From Candidatus Parcubacteria bacterium (GTDB lineage Bacteria; Patescibacteriota; Patescibacteriia; Patescibacteriales; UBA12075), in assembly GCA_002869165.1 (NCBI GenBank), contig PKTK01000013.1, positions 50,124 to 114,123 of the forward strand: 64,000 nucleotides of DNA. The letters are read 5' to 3'. The notes under the pieces were generated by a model. It did not search any database and was not told the DNA's origin. It was given only the letters and a program-made list of their open reading frames with translations. Made by a program: the position numbers and the translations under genes. Shown here piece by piece: positions 14,118 to 24,572 of this stretch. Position 1 is the stretch's first letter. Every line of letters starts with the position of its first letter.

Positions 14118-16709
14118 CTAAACCCAAGTTACGCAAGCCACATTATCACCAGGGTTTTTAAAACGCATCAATTTCACACCTTGAGTATCACGTCCAGCTT
14201 GATTAATACTTTTGTAAGGAAGTCTAATAACCTGGCCCTTGGTAGAAATAATAATCATATCCTTTTCTTTCATTCCTTCCGAATTTACTACAAAAGCATT
14301 GACCAATTTTCCTGTTTTGGCTGTCACTTTTGCTGTTTTAATACCTGAACCACCTCGACCCTGTACTTTATAGAGAGCCAAATCGGTTCTTTTGCCAAAG
14401 CCTTGTTCCATTACTGTTAAAACCTGATATTTAACATCTTTTTTGTTTTTAGCGACTCCCATGCCAATAAGCATATCATCAGATTTAAGTCTAATGCCAT
14501 GAACACCAGCCGCATTTCTACCCATTTCCCTCACATCAGCTTCTTTGAAACGTATAGCCTGTCCGTTGGCAGTTACAAGCTGGATATCGTCAGAACCTGA
14601 AGTGGGTTTACACCAAATAAGTTTATCTTCGGGTTTAATCTTGATAGCAATCAACCCTGATCTTCTCACTTTTTCAAATTCTTCAATTCTAACCTTCTTA
14701 ACTAAGCCTTTTTCGGTTGCAAAGAAAAGAAATTTAGCTGAGCCAAGCTTATCTAACGGCAATATTGAAGAGACCTGTTCGCCTGGTGACAATTGAAGGA
14801 AATTAACAATTGCTTGTCCCTTGGCAGTTCTTGCTGCTGCTGGTATCTCATGAGCTTGAAGTTGAAACACTCTTCCACGTGTCGTAAAGAAAAGCACATT
14901 GGAATGGGTCATAGTGGTAAACATAAGCTCCACCATATCTTCTTCTTTGGTAGTTAAACCTATAACACCCTTGCCACCACGCCCTTGTACTTTGAAAGTA
15001 TCTGGTACGGTACGTTTAATATAACCATCACGAGTCATTAATACCAAAACTTCTTCATTTGGCACTAAGTCTTCAAGTGAAAAATCCTTCACACCTCTGG
15101 CCACAACATTTGTTTTTCTGTCATCACCAAACTTTTCAGTTAATTTTTCTAATTCATCTTTTACAATTCCCAAAATCTTTTTAGTTGATTTCAAAATAGT
15201 TTCCAATTCCTTGATAAGCTTCTTTTTATCTTTAAGTTCGTTTTCAATTTTCAATCTTTCTAAATTAGCTAGATTTTGTAATCTCATTTCCAAAATAGCA
15301 GTTGCCTGAATTTCTGATAACTTAAATTTCTTCATCAAATTCTGTCTAGCTGTTTCTTTGTCTTTGGAGGTTTTAATTACTTTAATTACCGCATCAATAT
15401 TGTTTAAAGCAATCATTAAGCCCTCTAAAATATGAGCCCTAGCCAAAGCTTTGTCTAATTCATATTGAGTTCTTCTCCTTACCACCACTTGTCTGTGTTT
15501 AATGTATTCTTCCAAAACCATTTTGAGTGTCAAAACCTTTGGCTGAATACCATCAATTAAAGCAAGCATGTTAACATGGAAAGTAACTTGCAATTGTGTT
15601 GACTTGTACAAACTATTTAGGATCTTTTTTGGATAAGCATCTTTTTTTAGATCAATTACAATCCTCACACCATCTTTATCTGATTCATCACGCAAATCTT
15701 TGATGCCGATCAACTTCTTGTTTTTAATCAAATCGGCAATCTTTTCTACCAAGGTTGCTTTATTTACCTGATAAGGAATTTCAGAAATTACGATTGAAAA
15801 GGCACTATTCTTAAGTTCAACAATCTCAGCCTTACCTCGAAGAACGATACCGCCTTTGCCAGTAGCGTATGCTTGTAAAATATCTTTCTTGTTATAAATT
15901 ACACCACCCGTTGGAAAATCTGGACCAGTTACATGATTCATTAGATCTTCAACGGTTGCATCAGGATTTTCAATTAACAAATTAATGCCAGCAGTTAACT
16001 CTCGCAAATTGTGTGGAGGGATATTCGTTGCCATACCAACTGCAATACCCATAGTACCATTGAGAAGTAAATTAGGAAGCTTGGCTGGCATTACTTGGGG
16101 TTCTTTTTGAGAACCATCAAAGTTTGGTGAAAAATCAACCGTATTCTTTTCGATATCAAATAAAAGTTCCTCAGCAATTGCAGTCATCTTGGCCTCAGTA
16201 TAACGCATAGCAGCAGCACTATCACCATCCATAGAACCAAAGTTACCCTGACCATTAACCAAAGTATATCTCATAGAGAAGTCCTGGGCCAAACGAACCA
16301 TGGACTCATAAACTGCAGAATCTCCATGAGGGTGGTATTTACCAAGCACTTCACCAACTACAGTAGCTGATTTTCTAAATTTAGCGCCTGACCTAAGGCC
16401 CAATTGCCACATAGCGTACAAAATACGCCTATGAACTGGTTTTAAGCCATCGCGTACATCAGGCATAGCACGAGTTACAATTACGCTCATTGCATAATCA
16501 AGATAAGACTTCTTCATCTCCTCAGTGATCGCCAATGGTTCAATCAAACCATACAAAGTTTTTTGCTTACCATTTGTTGTTGTAATATTTCCTCCGTCTG
16601 CCACTACTTCTCCCGCTACAGCCTTATCCTCTTTTTTTTCTACTTTCTCTTCTTTTTTTACCTTTTTATTTGGGGCAGCCTTCTTTTTTGTTTCTTTTTT
16701 CTTTGCCAT
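14118..16709 (-). CDS. gyrA: DNA gyrase subunit A (with a Lys-rich N-terminal extension)
   Basis: Contains [38 protein letters not shown], the active-site AAMRYTE, and C-terminal beta-pinwheel repeats. Confidence 0.95.
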   Translation of the reverse strand: MAKKKETKKKAAPNKKVKKEEKVEKKEDKAVAGEVVADGGNITTTNGKQKTLYGLIEPLAITEEMKKSYLDYAMSVIVTRAMPDVRDGLKPVHRRILYAMWQLGLRSGAKFRKSATVVGEVLGKYHPHGDSAVYESMVRLAQDFSMRYTLVNGQGNFGSMDGDSAAAMRYTEAKMTAIAEELLFDIEKNTVDFSPNFDGSQKEPQVMPAKLPNLLLNGTMGIAVGMATNIPPHNLRELTAGINLLIENPDATVEDLMNHVTGPDFPTGGVIYNKKDILQAYATGKGGIVLRGKAEIVELKNSAFSIVISEIPYQVNKATLVEKIADLIKNKKLIGIKDLRDESDKDGVRIVIDLKKDAYPKKILNSLYKSTQLQVTFHVNMLALIDGIQPKVLTLKMVLEEYIKHRQVVVRRRTQYELDKALARAHILEGLMIALNNIDAVIKVIKTSKDKETARQNLMKKFKLSEIQATAILEMRLQNLANLERLKIENELKDKKKLIKELETILKSTKKILGIVKDELEKLTEKFGDDRKTNVVARGVKDFSLEDLVPNEEVLVLMTRDGYIKRTVPDTFKVQGRGGKGVIGLTTKEEDMVELMFTTMTHSNVLFFTTRGRVFQLQAHEIPAAARTAKGQAIVNFLQLSPGEQVSSILPLDKLGSAKFLFFATEKGLVKKVRIEEFEKVRRSGLIAIKIKPEDKLIWCKPTSGSDDIQLVTANGQAIRFKEADVREMGRNAAGVHGIRLKSDDMLIGMGVAKNKKDVKYQVLTVMEQGFGKRTDLALYKVQGRGGSGIKTAKVTAKTGKLVNAFVVNSEGMKEKDMIIISTKGQVIRLPYKSINQAGRDTQGVKLMRFKNPGDNVACVTWV

Positions 16710-16727
16710 GTATTTATATTATTTATC

Positions 16728-17600
16728 TTATAAATTATTTTTATTGATTGATTTAATATTATTATCTTCATCAAGTTCAAATATCACATACTTATCATCC
16801 TCTGAGGCTTCGTTTTCATATTTAGCCGAAGTATAATAAGTTAAAGTTCTAGAGATAAATACGCCTCTCCTGTCCTTATTGATCTGATCTGTATCAGGGA
16901 TATCTAAATTATCAATTATTATTTTTATATCATCTCCAATCTCAATTGCCTCCAGTTTATTTGTAAAATCAAGCATTTCATCCTCGCTTAAGTGTTTGAA
17001 ATATTTAAGCTCTCCAGTTTCCGCTTCCAATTTTTCTTTTAGGGCTTCAATTGTTTCACTTGAACTAGTTGCTTGAAGATACTCAAACTTTTCTTCATCA
17101 CCAATCTCTTCTTCTGAGTCATCAATAGAAAAATTACGAATCTCTTCTAAGTCGTTTTTTAGACCCTCTATTTCACCGCTCAAATCATCAGTCATTTTCT
17201 CCCAAGTTCCCAAAGACCCATCATCTAAATCCTGACTAATTTCATTGATGCTACTTTTCAAGCTAAAACTCCAAACAACAATAACAACTAGCATCGAAAT
17301 AAGCACCAAAGTCCACAGAAGTATAATCCTGTTCTTTTCCTCATTTTTTCTCGCTATCAAAGACTGCTTACTTATCACAAAGTTATCATCTTTCTTAACT
17401 TCTTCGATCTTCTCATTAGTAGTAGCTGGCTTTTTTTTGTTGATTACTTGTTTCTTGCTATCTTTTTTCAAAACAATATCACTGTTTCGTCTTGTTCTTT
17501 TAATCGGTTTCTTTTCTACTTTTAAATCTATCTTAGAAACTCTGGTATTTTTTTTAGCAGTTGTTTTTTTTGATTTTTTTTCTTCTTTACTCCTTGTCAT
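16728..17600 (-). CDS. Hypothetical membrane-anchored protein (basic N-terminus, one TM helix, acidic C-terminal domain)
   Basis: The ORF lies 18 nt downstream of gyrA on the same strand. The TM helix is ILLWTLVLISMLVVIVVWSF. I recognised no family. Confidence 0.5.
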   Translation of the reverse strand: MTRSKEEKKSKKTTAKKNTRVSKIDLKVEKKPIKRTRRNSDIVLKKDSKKQVINKKKPATTNEKIEEVKKDDNFVISKQSLIARKNEEKNRIILLWTLVLISMLVVIVVWSFSLKSSINEISQDLDDGSLGTWEKMTDDLSGEIEGLKNDLEEIRNFSIDDSEEEIGDEEKFEYLQATSSSETIEALKEKLEAETGELKYFKHLSEDEMLDFTNKLEAIEIGDDIKIIIDNLDIPDTDQINKDRRGVFISRTLTYYTSAKYENEASEDDKYVIFELDEDNNIKSINKNNL

Positions 17601-17779
17601 ATTTATTTTAAAAACAAAAAAATAGTCTGATTTTGCAAACCTTTATTACTCAAATCTTATCATAATATTAGCCAAAAGTAAAGGCTTTTTTACTTAATTT
17701 TTGTGGTATTTTTTGGCTAAATTTAGACACAAAAAAACAAGTAATTTATTTATAAAAATACTTGTTTTTTTATTGTTTA

Positions 17780-18424
17780 TTATACGCTAAGTATAACTAA
17801 TTCCATATCCTCTACTGGCAGATCTTTTTTGGTAATTTTAAGTTTTTCTTCTTCTGACGGTTTAATGCCAAGCTCTTTGACAAATTTTTCCACTCCTTCT
17901 ATATCGATTTTATTACCTTTAGTTTTGTAATGCATTGGGATAACTATCCTAGGCTCAATTTGAGATACCGCCTCAACGGCTTTTTTGGCCTCCAGGGTGT
18001 ACTTGCCGCCAACTGGTATAAGTAAAATATCTGTGCCTTCCAAAACTTCAAGTTGTTTATTATCAAGTTCATGTCCCAAATCCCCAAGATGCACAACATT
18101 GATATCATCTACAGTAATACGATAGATTATATTATTGCCCCTATCTTTTCCTTCTTTCGTGTCATGATAGGAGGCTACTCCTCTCACTGCTACCCCCTTC
18201 ACGTCATATTCACCAGCTGAATCAATCACAAATGGCTCACCTCGTAAAGACGCAACATTATTGTGATCAGCGTGATCATGACTAACCGTTACTATATCAG
18301 ATTCAAAATTTGGTACTTTGAGCCCAACTGTTTTATCAAAAGGATCAGTGGTTATAGTTACTCCATCCGGTCCTACCTTGTTTTGAATTTTAAAGCATGA
18401 ATGCCCACACCAAGTTATTATCAT
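17780..18424 (-). CDS. Metallo-beta-lactamase-fold hydrolase (UPF0173-like)
   Basis: Contains ITWCGHSCFKI and VSHDHADHNN (the HxHxDH motif). I chose the ATG at 18424 because the tracked start at 18439 lies inside a repeat element. Confidence 0.75.
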   Translation of the reverse strand: MIITWCGHSCFKIQNKVGPDGVTITTDPFDKTVGLKVPNFESDIVTVSHDHADHNNVASLRGEPFVIDSAGEYDVKGVAVRGVASYHDTKEGKDRGNNIIYRITVDDINVVHLGDLGHELDNKQLEVLEGTDILLIPVGGKYTLEAKKAVEAVSQIEPRIVIPMHYKTKGNKIDIEGVEKFVKELGIKPSEEEKLKITKKDLPVEDMELVILSV

Positions 18425-18433
18425 ACATTTTAC

Positions 18434-18566
18434 TGTCATTCCCGGCTGGAGTAGCGAGCGCTAGCAAGCTACGGAAGGGAAGGGAATCTACGTATTAAAG
18501 AATAGCAACGCGTAGATTCCCTTCTCTTCCGCCCTCGCCTTCGGCGGGCTACAGCCGGGAATGACA
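18434..18566. mobile_element. MITE-like palindromic element (family A)
   Basis: TGTCATTCCCGGCTGGAGTAGCGAGCG...GGAAGGGAAGGGAATCTACG / CGTAGATTCCCTTCTCTTCC...CAGCCGGGAATGACA. The termini and inner GGGAAGGGAATC motif match 4401-4627. Confidence 0.7.
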
Positions 18567-18581
18567 AAACTATTTTTATTA

Positions 18582-21293
18582 TTATTTTGCAAAAAAATTA
18601 TCATCTTCTTCTGAATCGCGTGCGAGCGATTCATCCGCCGCACCGGAGGTGCTTTGGGCGGAATCATCAACCTCCTCGTCATCATCGTCTTCCTCTTCAT
18701 TTTCTTCCTCTTCGTCTTCATCTTCTTCATCTTCATTTTCTTCTTCATCTTCATTTTCCTCATCTTCATCGTATTCTTCATCCTCATCTTCTTCATCATC
18801 TTCATCATTTTCTTCTTCGTCTTCATCATCAGAATCTTCTTCTTCGTTGTCATCTTCTTCATCTTCATTTTCATCTTCATCTTCATTTTCCTCATCTTCA
18901 TCGTATTCTTCATCCTCATCTTCTTCATCATCTTCACTACCTTTTAATACTGGAGGTGAATCAGCTTCTTCGCCTAGATAGTTTTCTCTTGGTTCTTCTT
19001 CGTTCATATTATGCATTGCCACTCCACTAACTCCTTGAGCCTCTAGACCAACTAATTGTTCTTTGGTAATCAAAATATCTCTTGCTTTTGATCCATTAGC
19101 AGGTCCTATCACGCCAGCTTCTTCAAGTTGATCCATAATGCTTGCTGCCCGAGCATAACCAATTCGCAATTTTCTTTGCAAAAATGAAGTAGAGGCTTTG
19201 CCCATGTTTACAACAATCTCTCTAGCCTCACCAAGTAAATCATCTCCTCCATCATCTCCGCCACTATCAAGTCCAGCGCCCCCTATACCACTTACTTTTT
19301 GTGAATCAGTAATTCCACCTAGATACTCTATAGTATCTGCGCTTTTCTTAATATAGCTATTTATTTTTTTTATTTCAAGTTCTGACAAGAATGCCCCTTG
19401 TAGTCTGACTGGTTTGGATATTTCGGCTGTTTGAAAAAGCATATCACCTCTACCTAGTAATTTTTCCGCTCCCAGGGTATCCAAAATCGTTCTAGAGTCA
19501 GTGCTTGAAGCTACTGAGAAAGCAATCCTAGCTGGCATATTGGCCTTGATAAGACCGGTAATTACATCCACCGAAGGACGCTGAGTTGCTAGTATCAAGT
19601 GGATGCCAACCGCCCGAGCCATTTGTGCTAATCTAATAACTGAGGCTTCAATCTCCTTGGAAGCTGCTACCATCAAGTCAGCAAGCTCATCAATAATAAA
19701 CACCAAATATGGCATATTAATTTCGTGTGACTCATTATAAGTTTGAATGTTCTTATTTCCACTTTGTTTAAGCACTTCATAGCGCCTATCCATTTCATTT
19801 AGACACCATTTAAGAGCATTGATGGTTTTCTTTACATCAGTTATCACTGGCGTCAATAGATATGGCGAACCATCATAGGGAGTTAGCTCAACCCGCTTTG
19901 GATCAACCATAATAAAGCGTAAATTATCAGGATTGTTCTGATACATCAAAGAAATAATAATTGTATTTAAACAAACTGATTTACCAGAATTAGTTGCTCC
20001 TGCCACAAGCAAATGAGGCATGCGAGTGATATCAGCCAACCATGATTTGCCAGCTACATCCTTTCCTAAAGCAAGCATTGTATTTTCTTTTCTTTCTTTG
20101 TAAGTTTTGGAATTCAAAATTTCTCTAAGACCTACCATAGCCTTGGTTTGATTGGGAACTTCAACCCCCACCAAAGGCTTGCCAGGAATCGGGGCTTCAA
20201 TTCTAATTGGATGAGCTGCTAGAGCAAGAGCTAAATCATTGCTTAGATTAGTAATCTTTGACAACTTAACTCCCTGCGCTGGCCTAAAAGTATATTGTGT
20301 AACTGTTGGACCTACTGCAATTTCTCCCATTTCCACAGGAATATGAAAATCCTCCAAAGTTCTTCGAATAATTTCTTTGTTTTCTTTGATATCTCCACTG
20401 GTTGGCTTACCTTTCTTGCCATTTAGAAGTTTCATGGGTATATCAATTTCAACTCCAGTTGGTTCCATCCACCAAATAGGCTCAGCTTGAGGAACTACTG
20501 GTTTAAGTGGAGCTGGAGCTGGTCTTGGTTTTTCTTCCTCTTCCTCTTCCTCCTCCTCTTCTTCTTCCTCTTCCTCCTCTTCTTCTTCATCTTCTTCGTC
20601 TTCTTCCTCGTCTTCCTCTTCACCTTCTTCGCCTTCCTCCTCTTCTTCTTCCTCATCCTCATCTTCCTCTTCATCTTCCTCTTCATCTTCTTCTTCCTCA
20701 TCTTCTTTATCTAATCTGAATATTTTTGCAATTAAAAAATGAAATGGATAAAAAAGTTTTCCAATAAATGATTCTTGGCCAATAAGATTTTTAAGCGAAG
20801 TGTCAAATATTATCAAAAATGACATAAGAACAAGGCCAAGAGAAATAAAAAATGAAGCAATAAAACCAAGCCAATCAATAAACAAGGCTGCCAACCAAAA
20901 ACCAAGACTTCCTCCTCCTCGTCCTTCTACCACTGCCATACTCCAAGTATTTCTGTCAATCAATAAAGAAAAGAATAAATGAACAGAAACAATAAAAAGA
21001 ATCATACCAAAATATGATGATCTGCGAATTTCAAATCGCTCATCATCATAAAGCATATAGCCCCAGATAATGAAAACAACTGGCAAAATAAATCTACCCC
21101 AACCAAATGACCACAACATAAAGTGATTGATATAAACACCTGATTTTCCCGCCATATTAAAAAGTCCCAAAAAAGAAATTAACCCAAATGCAAATACTAG
21201 CAATATAAAAATTCCTTTTTTTGTCTCTTCATCAAGATCAATACTAGGTATGGTAAAAAATCTTAATAAACCTCGTTTTTTTCGTCTGGCCAT
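18582..21293 (-). CDS. ftsK: DNA translocase FtsK/SpoIIIE with poly-acidic linker and tail
   Basis: Has N-terminal TM helices, the Walker A GATNSGKSV, IDELADLM, and the gamma winged helix SFLQRKLRIGYARAASIMDQLEEAGVIGP. There are two long D/E tracts. Confidence 0.9.
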   Translation of the reverse strand: MARRKKRGLLRFFTIPSIDLDEETKKGIFILLVFAFGLISFLGLFNMAGKSGVYINHFMLWSFGWGRFILPVVFIIWGYMLYDDERFEIRRSSYFGMILFIVSVHLFFSLLIDRNTWSMAVVEGRGGGSLGFWLAALFIDWLGFIASFFISLGLVLMSFLIIFDTSLKNLIGQESFIGKLFYPFHFLIAKIFRLDKEDEEEEDEEEDEEEDEDEEEEEEEGEEGEEEDEEEDEEDEEEEEEEEEEEEEEEEEEEKPRPAPAPLKPVVPQAEPIWWMEPTGVEIDIPMKLLNGKKGKPTSGDIKENKEIIRRTLEDFHIPVEMGEIAVGPTVTQYTFRPAQGVKLSKITNLSNDLALALAAHPIRIEAPIPGKPLVGVEVPNQTKAMVGLREILNSKTYKERKENTMLALGKDVAGKSWLADITRMPHLLVAGATNSGKSVCLNTIIISLMYQNNPDNLRFIMVDPKRVELTPYDGSPYLLTPVITDVKKTINALKWCLNEMDRRYEVLKQSGNKNIQTYNESHEINMPYLVFIIDELADLMVAASKEIEASVIRLAQMARAVGIHLILATQRPSVDVITGLIKANMPARIAFSVASSTDSRTILDTLGAEKLLGRGDMLFQTAEISKPVRLQGAFLSELEIKKINSYIKKSADTIEYLGGITDSQKVSGIGGAGLDSGGDDGGDDLLGEAREIVVNMGKASTSFLQRKLRIGYARAASIMDQLEEAGVIGPANGSKARDILITKEQLVGLEAQGVSGVAMHNMNEEEPRENYLGEEADSPPVLKGSEDDEEDEDEEYDEDEENEDEDENEDEEDDNEEEDSDDEDEEENDEDDEEDEDEEYDEDEENEDEEENEDEEDEDEEEENEEEDDDDEEVDDSAQSTSGAADESLARDSEEDDNFFAK

Positions 21294-21503
21294 AATATTT
21301 ATTTTTTATATATCGTCATTTTTGACGTAAAACAAAATATATCTTGCGGATTTTTGCAAGATTAAATACTTTTAATATATATTTATTATACTACAAAGTA
21401 ATAAATTAACAAAGAAATTGACAAAATAACTAAAATATGATAAAAAATACTATCAAAACTGTTATTTAACAATCTAAAATAATACCTAAAATGGAGAAAT
21501 TAA

Positions 21504-21974
21504 ATGAGGGCTAGGAAATACACAAATGATGAACTCCTTTTTCTAAAAAAGTTAAAAGGAAGACTCAATCGGATGAAATTAGTAAAAAGAACCAGAAATT
21601 CAGTAATTCGCTGGAGCAGTCCTTTTGATAAAAAAAACGGAAAATATGCTTATCACCACACTGTTATCAGTAAATTTGGCAGAGGCACTGAAATCAGTAT
21701 AATTCTCAGACGCCAATCAGATGAAAAAATGATTGAATTCAGTTGCCCGCATGAAATACGCATCCAAGCAACGAACTTTGCGGTTTACCAAGGAAATAAA
21801 ACTGGTTTTGACAAAACCGTAAATCACGATGATATTGGCACTGATATGTATAACTTGTTCATAGAAATATTTTTCAAGGCTTGTACAAAAGCAATTGACG
21901 AATTTCAACCAAGAGGACTTAGCTACAAACCGCGTGTACTAAAATCAATTATAAAAGATTTGGAGAAAATATAA
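21504..21974 (+). CDS. Hypothetical protein, paralogue 1 of 3
   Basis: A TTGACA-17-TAAAAA promoter and a GGAG Shine-Dalgarno sequence lie upstream. It shares its N-terminal pattern with the next two ORFs. Confidence 0.5.
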   Translation: MRARKYTNDELLFLKKLKGRLNRMKLVKRTRNSVIRWSSPFDKKNGKYAYHHTVISKFGRGTEISIILRRQSDEKMIEFSCPHEIRIQATNFAVYQGNKTGFDKTVNHDDIGTDMYNLFIEIFFKACTKAIDEFQPRGLSYKPRVLKSIIKDLEKI

Positions 21975-22427
21975 GTGAGAAAAATGAATACAGAAGAAAG
22001 TGAATATCTGGCTTTTTTGGAAAATCTTTTGCCCAATATCAATCGCTATAAATGGATTTACAGCAATAGAAAGTTTCCTGATATATCAATAAATGAATGC
22101 AATAATTGTGAGTTTAACAAGTCCTTTACCACCATATCAACCAAACTAAAGAATAATCATCGACTTGTGATTACTTTTATTTATGATAACGATGGATACG
22201 AAAATCCATTCTTAAATGATCATTACATTGTAATCAACCTTATATCATACAACTCTCACGGTGAAAGCATTATCAGACATTCAATATATGTTTTTTCTGA
22301 AGACAAAGAAAAGGAACATTATTTACTTCCTTTTGATATTTTACTCAGCAGTTGGAATATAGCTAAAGAAGAAGATGAAATCGATAACTTATATTCAAAA
22401 ATCATAGACTTACACTCACTTCTATAA
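21975..22427 (+). CDS. Hypothetical protein, paralogue 2 of 3
   Basis: The GTG start abuts the previous stop codon. Shared features are E-x-x-F-L, NRYKW and ENPFLN. Confidence 0.5.
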   Translation: MRKMNTEESEYLAFLENLLPNINRYKWIYSNRKFPDISINECNNCEFNKSFTTISTKLKNNHRLVITFIYDNDGYENPFLNDHYIVINLISYNSHGESIIRHSIYVFSEDKEKEHYLLPFDILLSSWNIAKEEDEIDNLYSKIIDLHSLL

Positions 22428-22441
22428 ATAGGAGTTAAAAA

Positions 22442-22924
22442 ATGAAACTAAATAAAGAAGAGATCAAATTTATCACCAAGATATTTTCAAAAATTGCTGA
22501 TAAATACTCTTGGCGGAAATACATCAGATCAAGAGTTCGACCTGTTTATGATGATTATTTTACTGCCAGTTCCTGTCATGATTTGCATCACTGGGTCTTG
22601 AAAGCCACAGTTGAAATTCCTGAGGGTACATATGAATTCGAATTCCGAGTAACCTGTCAACCTAAAAATTATAATGACAATACAGAAAATCCCTTTAACA
22701 GAAAAAATAAAATTTCTTTGAGTATAAGAGATTTTTATCAAGATACGGGAAGAATTGTTGTCTATGATTTTCAGTTAAAAAGCAGTTCCAAAAATATATA
22801 CTATAATCTTCTTAAAGAAGAATTTATCAAACTCTGGGAATTCGCTGTTTATTGCAGGGAATGTGAAAGAACCAGTAAAAAAGATGCTCAAAAACGCTTC
22901 AATAAATTTATTGTAAATTCCTAA
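22442..22924 (+). CDS. Hypothetical protein, paralogue 3 of 3
   Basis: A GGAG Shine-Dalgarno sequence precedes it. Features are EEIKFI, DKYSWRKY, ENPFNR and a C-terminal CRECE. A terminator follows. Confidence 0.5.
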   Translation: MKLNKEEIKFITKIFSKIADKYSWRKYIRSRVRPVYDDYFTASSCHDLHHWVLKATVEIPEGTYEFEFRVTCQPKNYNDNTENPFNRKNKISLSIRDFYQDTGRIVVYDFQLKSSSKNIYYNLLKEEFIKLWEFAVYCRECERTSKKDAQKRFNKFIVNS

Positions 22925-22989
22925 AAACAAAAAACGCCAAAGCTATAAAAGCTACGGCGTTTTTTCTTTTTTTAATGTATATACATTTG

Positions 22990-24543
22990 TTAATACGTAT
23001 AAGTTGCTATTATTTCATCACTTGGATTTAATAAATATGCTTCATCACCTGAATTGTTCCAAATCGCCGAGTAAGTATGACACCAATACAGCTCTTGGCT
23101 AGTATCCTCTCCACAGCCAGTAAATACTTTAAAAGACTCTCCTGAAGCAATACCAAAATCATCAAATACATACGACTTGCCACTTCCATCTCTAATTTCA
23201 TAATCATCCATACTCAAAGCCTCACCATTGTTTTGTATCTCTATATATTCATCCTCCTCTTTATCACTAGCTACCCCATCATAAAATATATTTACAATTT
23301 CAAGTTCTGACGAACTACTTGCCTTCACCAAACTATTCATTCCACCAAATTCCAAGCAAGCACCATCTGCCCATATACCTTTTTTGTTTTCCTTGGCCCG
23401 AGCTTCGGCTAATTTGTAAATCCCCGCATATTTACTAGCTACATTATAAGTATACTCGTTAGCATATCCTTCTTCTATCATAAGCTCAGCAAAATTTTTC
23501 CCATTAGGCATTATTACGTGCCTGAGAAGTCTGTCGTATTTATCTAAATTTCCTTGTGTTTCATCAAACTCAAGTTCTACATAAGTTCCTTCTAATATTG
23601 TCTTGGCGTATTCACTGGCTTCTTCACCAAAGCACTCTTCTGCTCGATATGAACTCATCACCTCTGGTGTATCCATACCTATTACCCTTACACTAGTCTT
23701 CTTACCATTTTCATAAACCAAAAAGGTGTCACCATCAACCACATAGTCAACATAGTACATTCTATTCTCTATAACTGGCTCTACAATATCCTTAGCTCCC
23801 TTTTGTGACTCAAGAAGATCAATAATTTTTACTCCTGTGGTATCAGCTGTTCCAAAACCCGTGATAGTCTCTCCGCCTATCACTGTGAAGGGCACACCTC
23901 GTATTTCTATACCATAAACTTCTTTAAATTTTTCCAAAATATCTCTATTAGCCTCATCATACCATGTCTCCATCATTACGACTTCGATATCATCTCTAGC
24001 AAGCACCAATTCATCCAAAAAGGCTATTTCATTATGACAATGCGGACAACCAGAACCGTAAAACAAATATAGTTTTTGTTTATCGTTATCAATTATTCGC
24101 TCCTCGCTCACTTGATAACTTGAGTTCATAACTATTTCAGAAAGATCACTTGTTCTGATACCAAGCCCCAGATCACGCATAACCTGAAAGGCATCCACTG
24201 GTTTTCCTAGATAATGCAAATGCAAGTCAAGCGGATTTATATAATAGGCCTCCCCAGAGGCTTCTACTCGCAAAACTATTCTTCCCGATAAACTAGCAGG
24301 AGCAATCATTTTCCAGGAAGAAAAATCCTTTTCATTTACCCCAAGCCCAAGCTCTCGCATTATCCTAAAAGCATCTTGAGGTCGAGACAAAAATATCCTC
24401 TCCTTGGTACTAGGCTCAACATACCATGCTTGCCCTTCGTCCTCAACTTGCAAAAGTATCCGTCCAGCCAAGCGTTCTCCCATATCCTGGGCTAAAACAG
24501 GTAAAGCAAAAAATATAAAAATAAATATTAATACTTTTTTCAT
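22990..24543 (-). CDS. Secreted multidomain protein: tandem N-terminal repeats, thioredoxin-like CPHC domain, staphylococcal-nuclease (SNase) domain, lamin-tail domain
   Basis: Has a signal peptide, then YGSGCPHCHNE. The SNase motif is VVDGDTFLV...VRVIGMDTPE. The lamin-tail-domain motif is EDEYIEIQNNGEALSMDDYEIRDG. Confidence 0.75.
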   Translation of the reverse strand: MKKVLIFIFIFFALPVLAQDMGERLAGRILLQVEDEGQAWYVEPSTKERIFLSRPQDAFRIMRELGLGVNEKDFSSWKMIAPASLSGRIVLRVEASGEAYYINPLDLHLHYLGKPVDAFQVMRDLGLGIRTSDLSEIVMNSSYQVSEERIIDNDKQKLYLFYGSGCPHCHNEIAFLDELVLARDDIEVVMMETWYDEANRDILEKFKEVYGIEIRGVPFTVIGGETITGFGTADTTGVKIIDLLESQKGAKDIVEPVIENRMYYVDYVVDGDTFLVYENGKKTSVRVIGMDTPEVMSSYRAEECFGEEASEYAKTILEGTYVELEFDETQGNLDKYDRLLRHVIMPNGKNFAELMIEEGYANEYTYNVASKYAGIYKLAEARAKENKKGIWADGACLEFGGMNSLVKASSSSELEIVNIFYDGVASDKEEDEYIEIQNNGEALSMDDYEIRDGSGKSYVFDDFGIASGESFKVFTGCGEDTSQELYWCHTYSAIWNNSGDEAYLLNPSDEIIATYTY

Positions 24544-24572
24544 AAATAAATTTATTTACTAACTATTATTTA

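Noticed and set aside
14070-17625. Antisense ORFs overlapping gyrA and the downstream gene (14070-14348, 14545-14796, 16525-16836, 17245-17625). Similar antisense ORFs lie inside smc, polA, recQ, the lamin-tail-domain gene, fhs and others.
   Set aside because: Each is fully embedded opposite a gene with strong motif support. Their compositions are low-complexity (S/L/F-rich), typical of antisense frames of K/E-rich genes.
18488-19030. Tracked ORFs in other frames or on the other strand of the ftsK 3' acidic repeat (for example the 149-aa poly-K/M, 147-aa poly-H/L, 110-aa poly-S and 97-aa poly-F/I ORFs). The same applies to 20487-20719.
   Set aside because: These are translation artefacts of GAA/GAT-rich repeat DNA inside a well-supported ftsK frame. 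The products are homopolymer-like.
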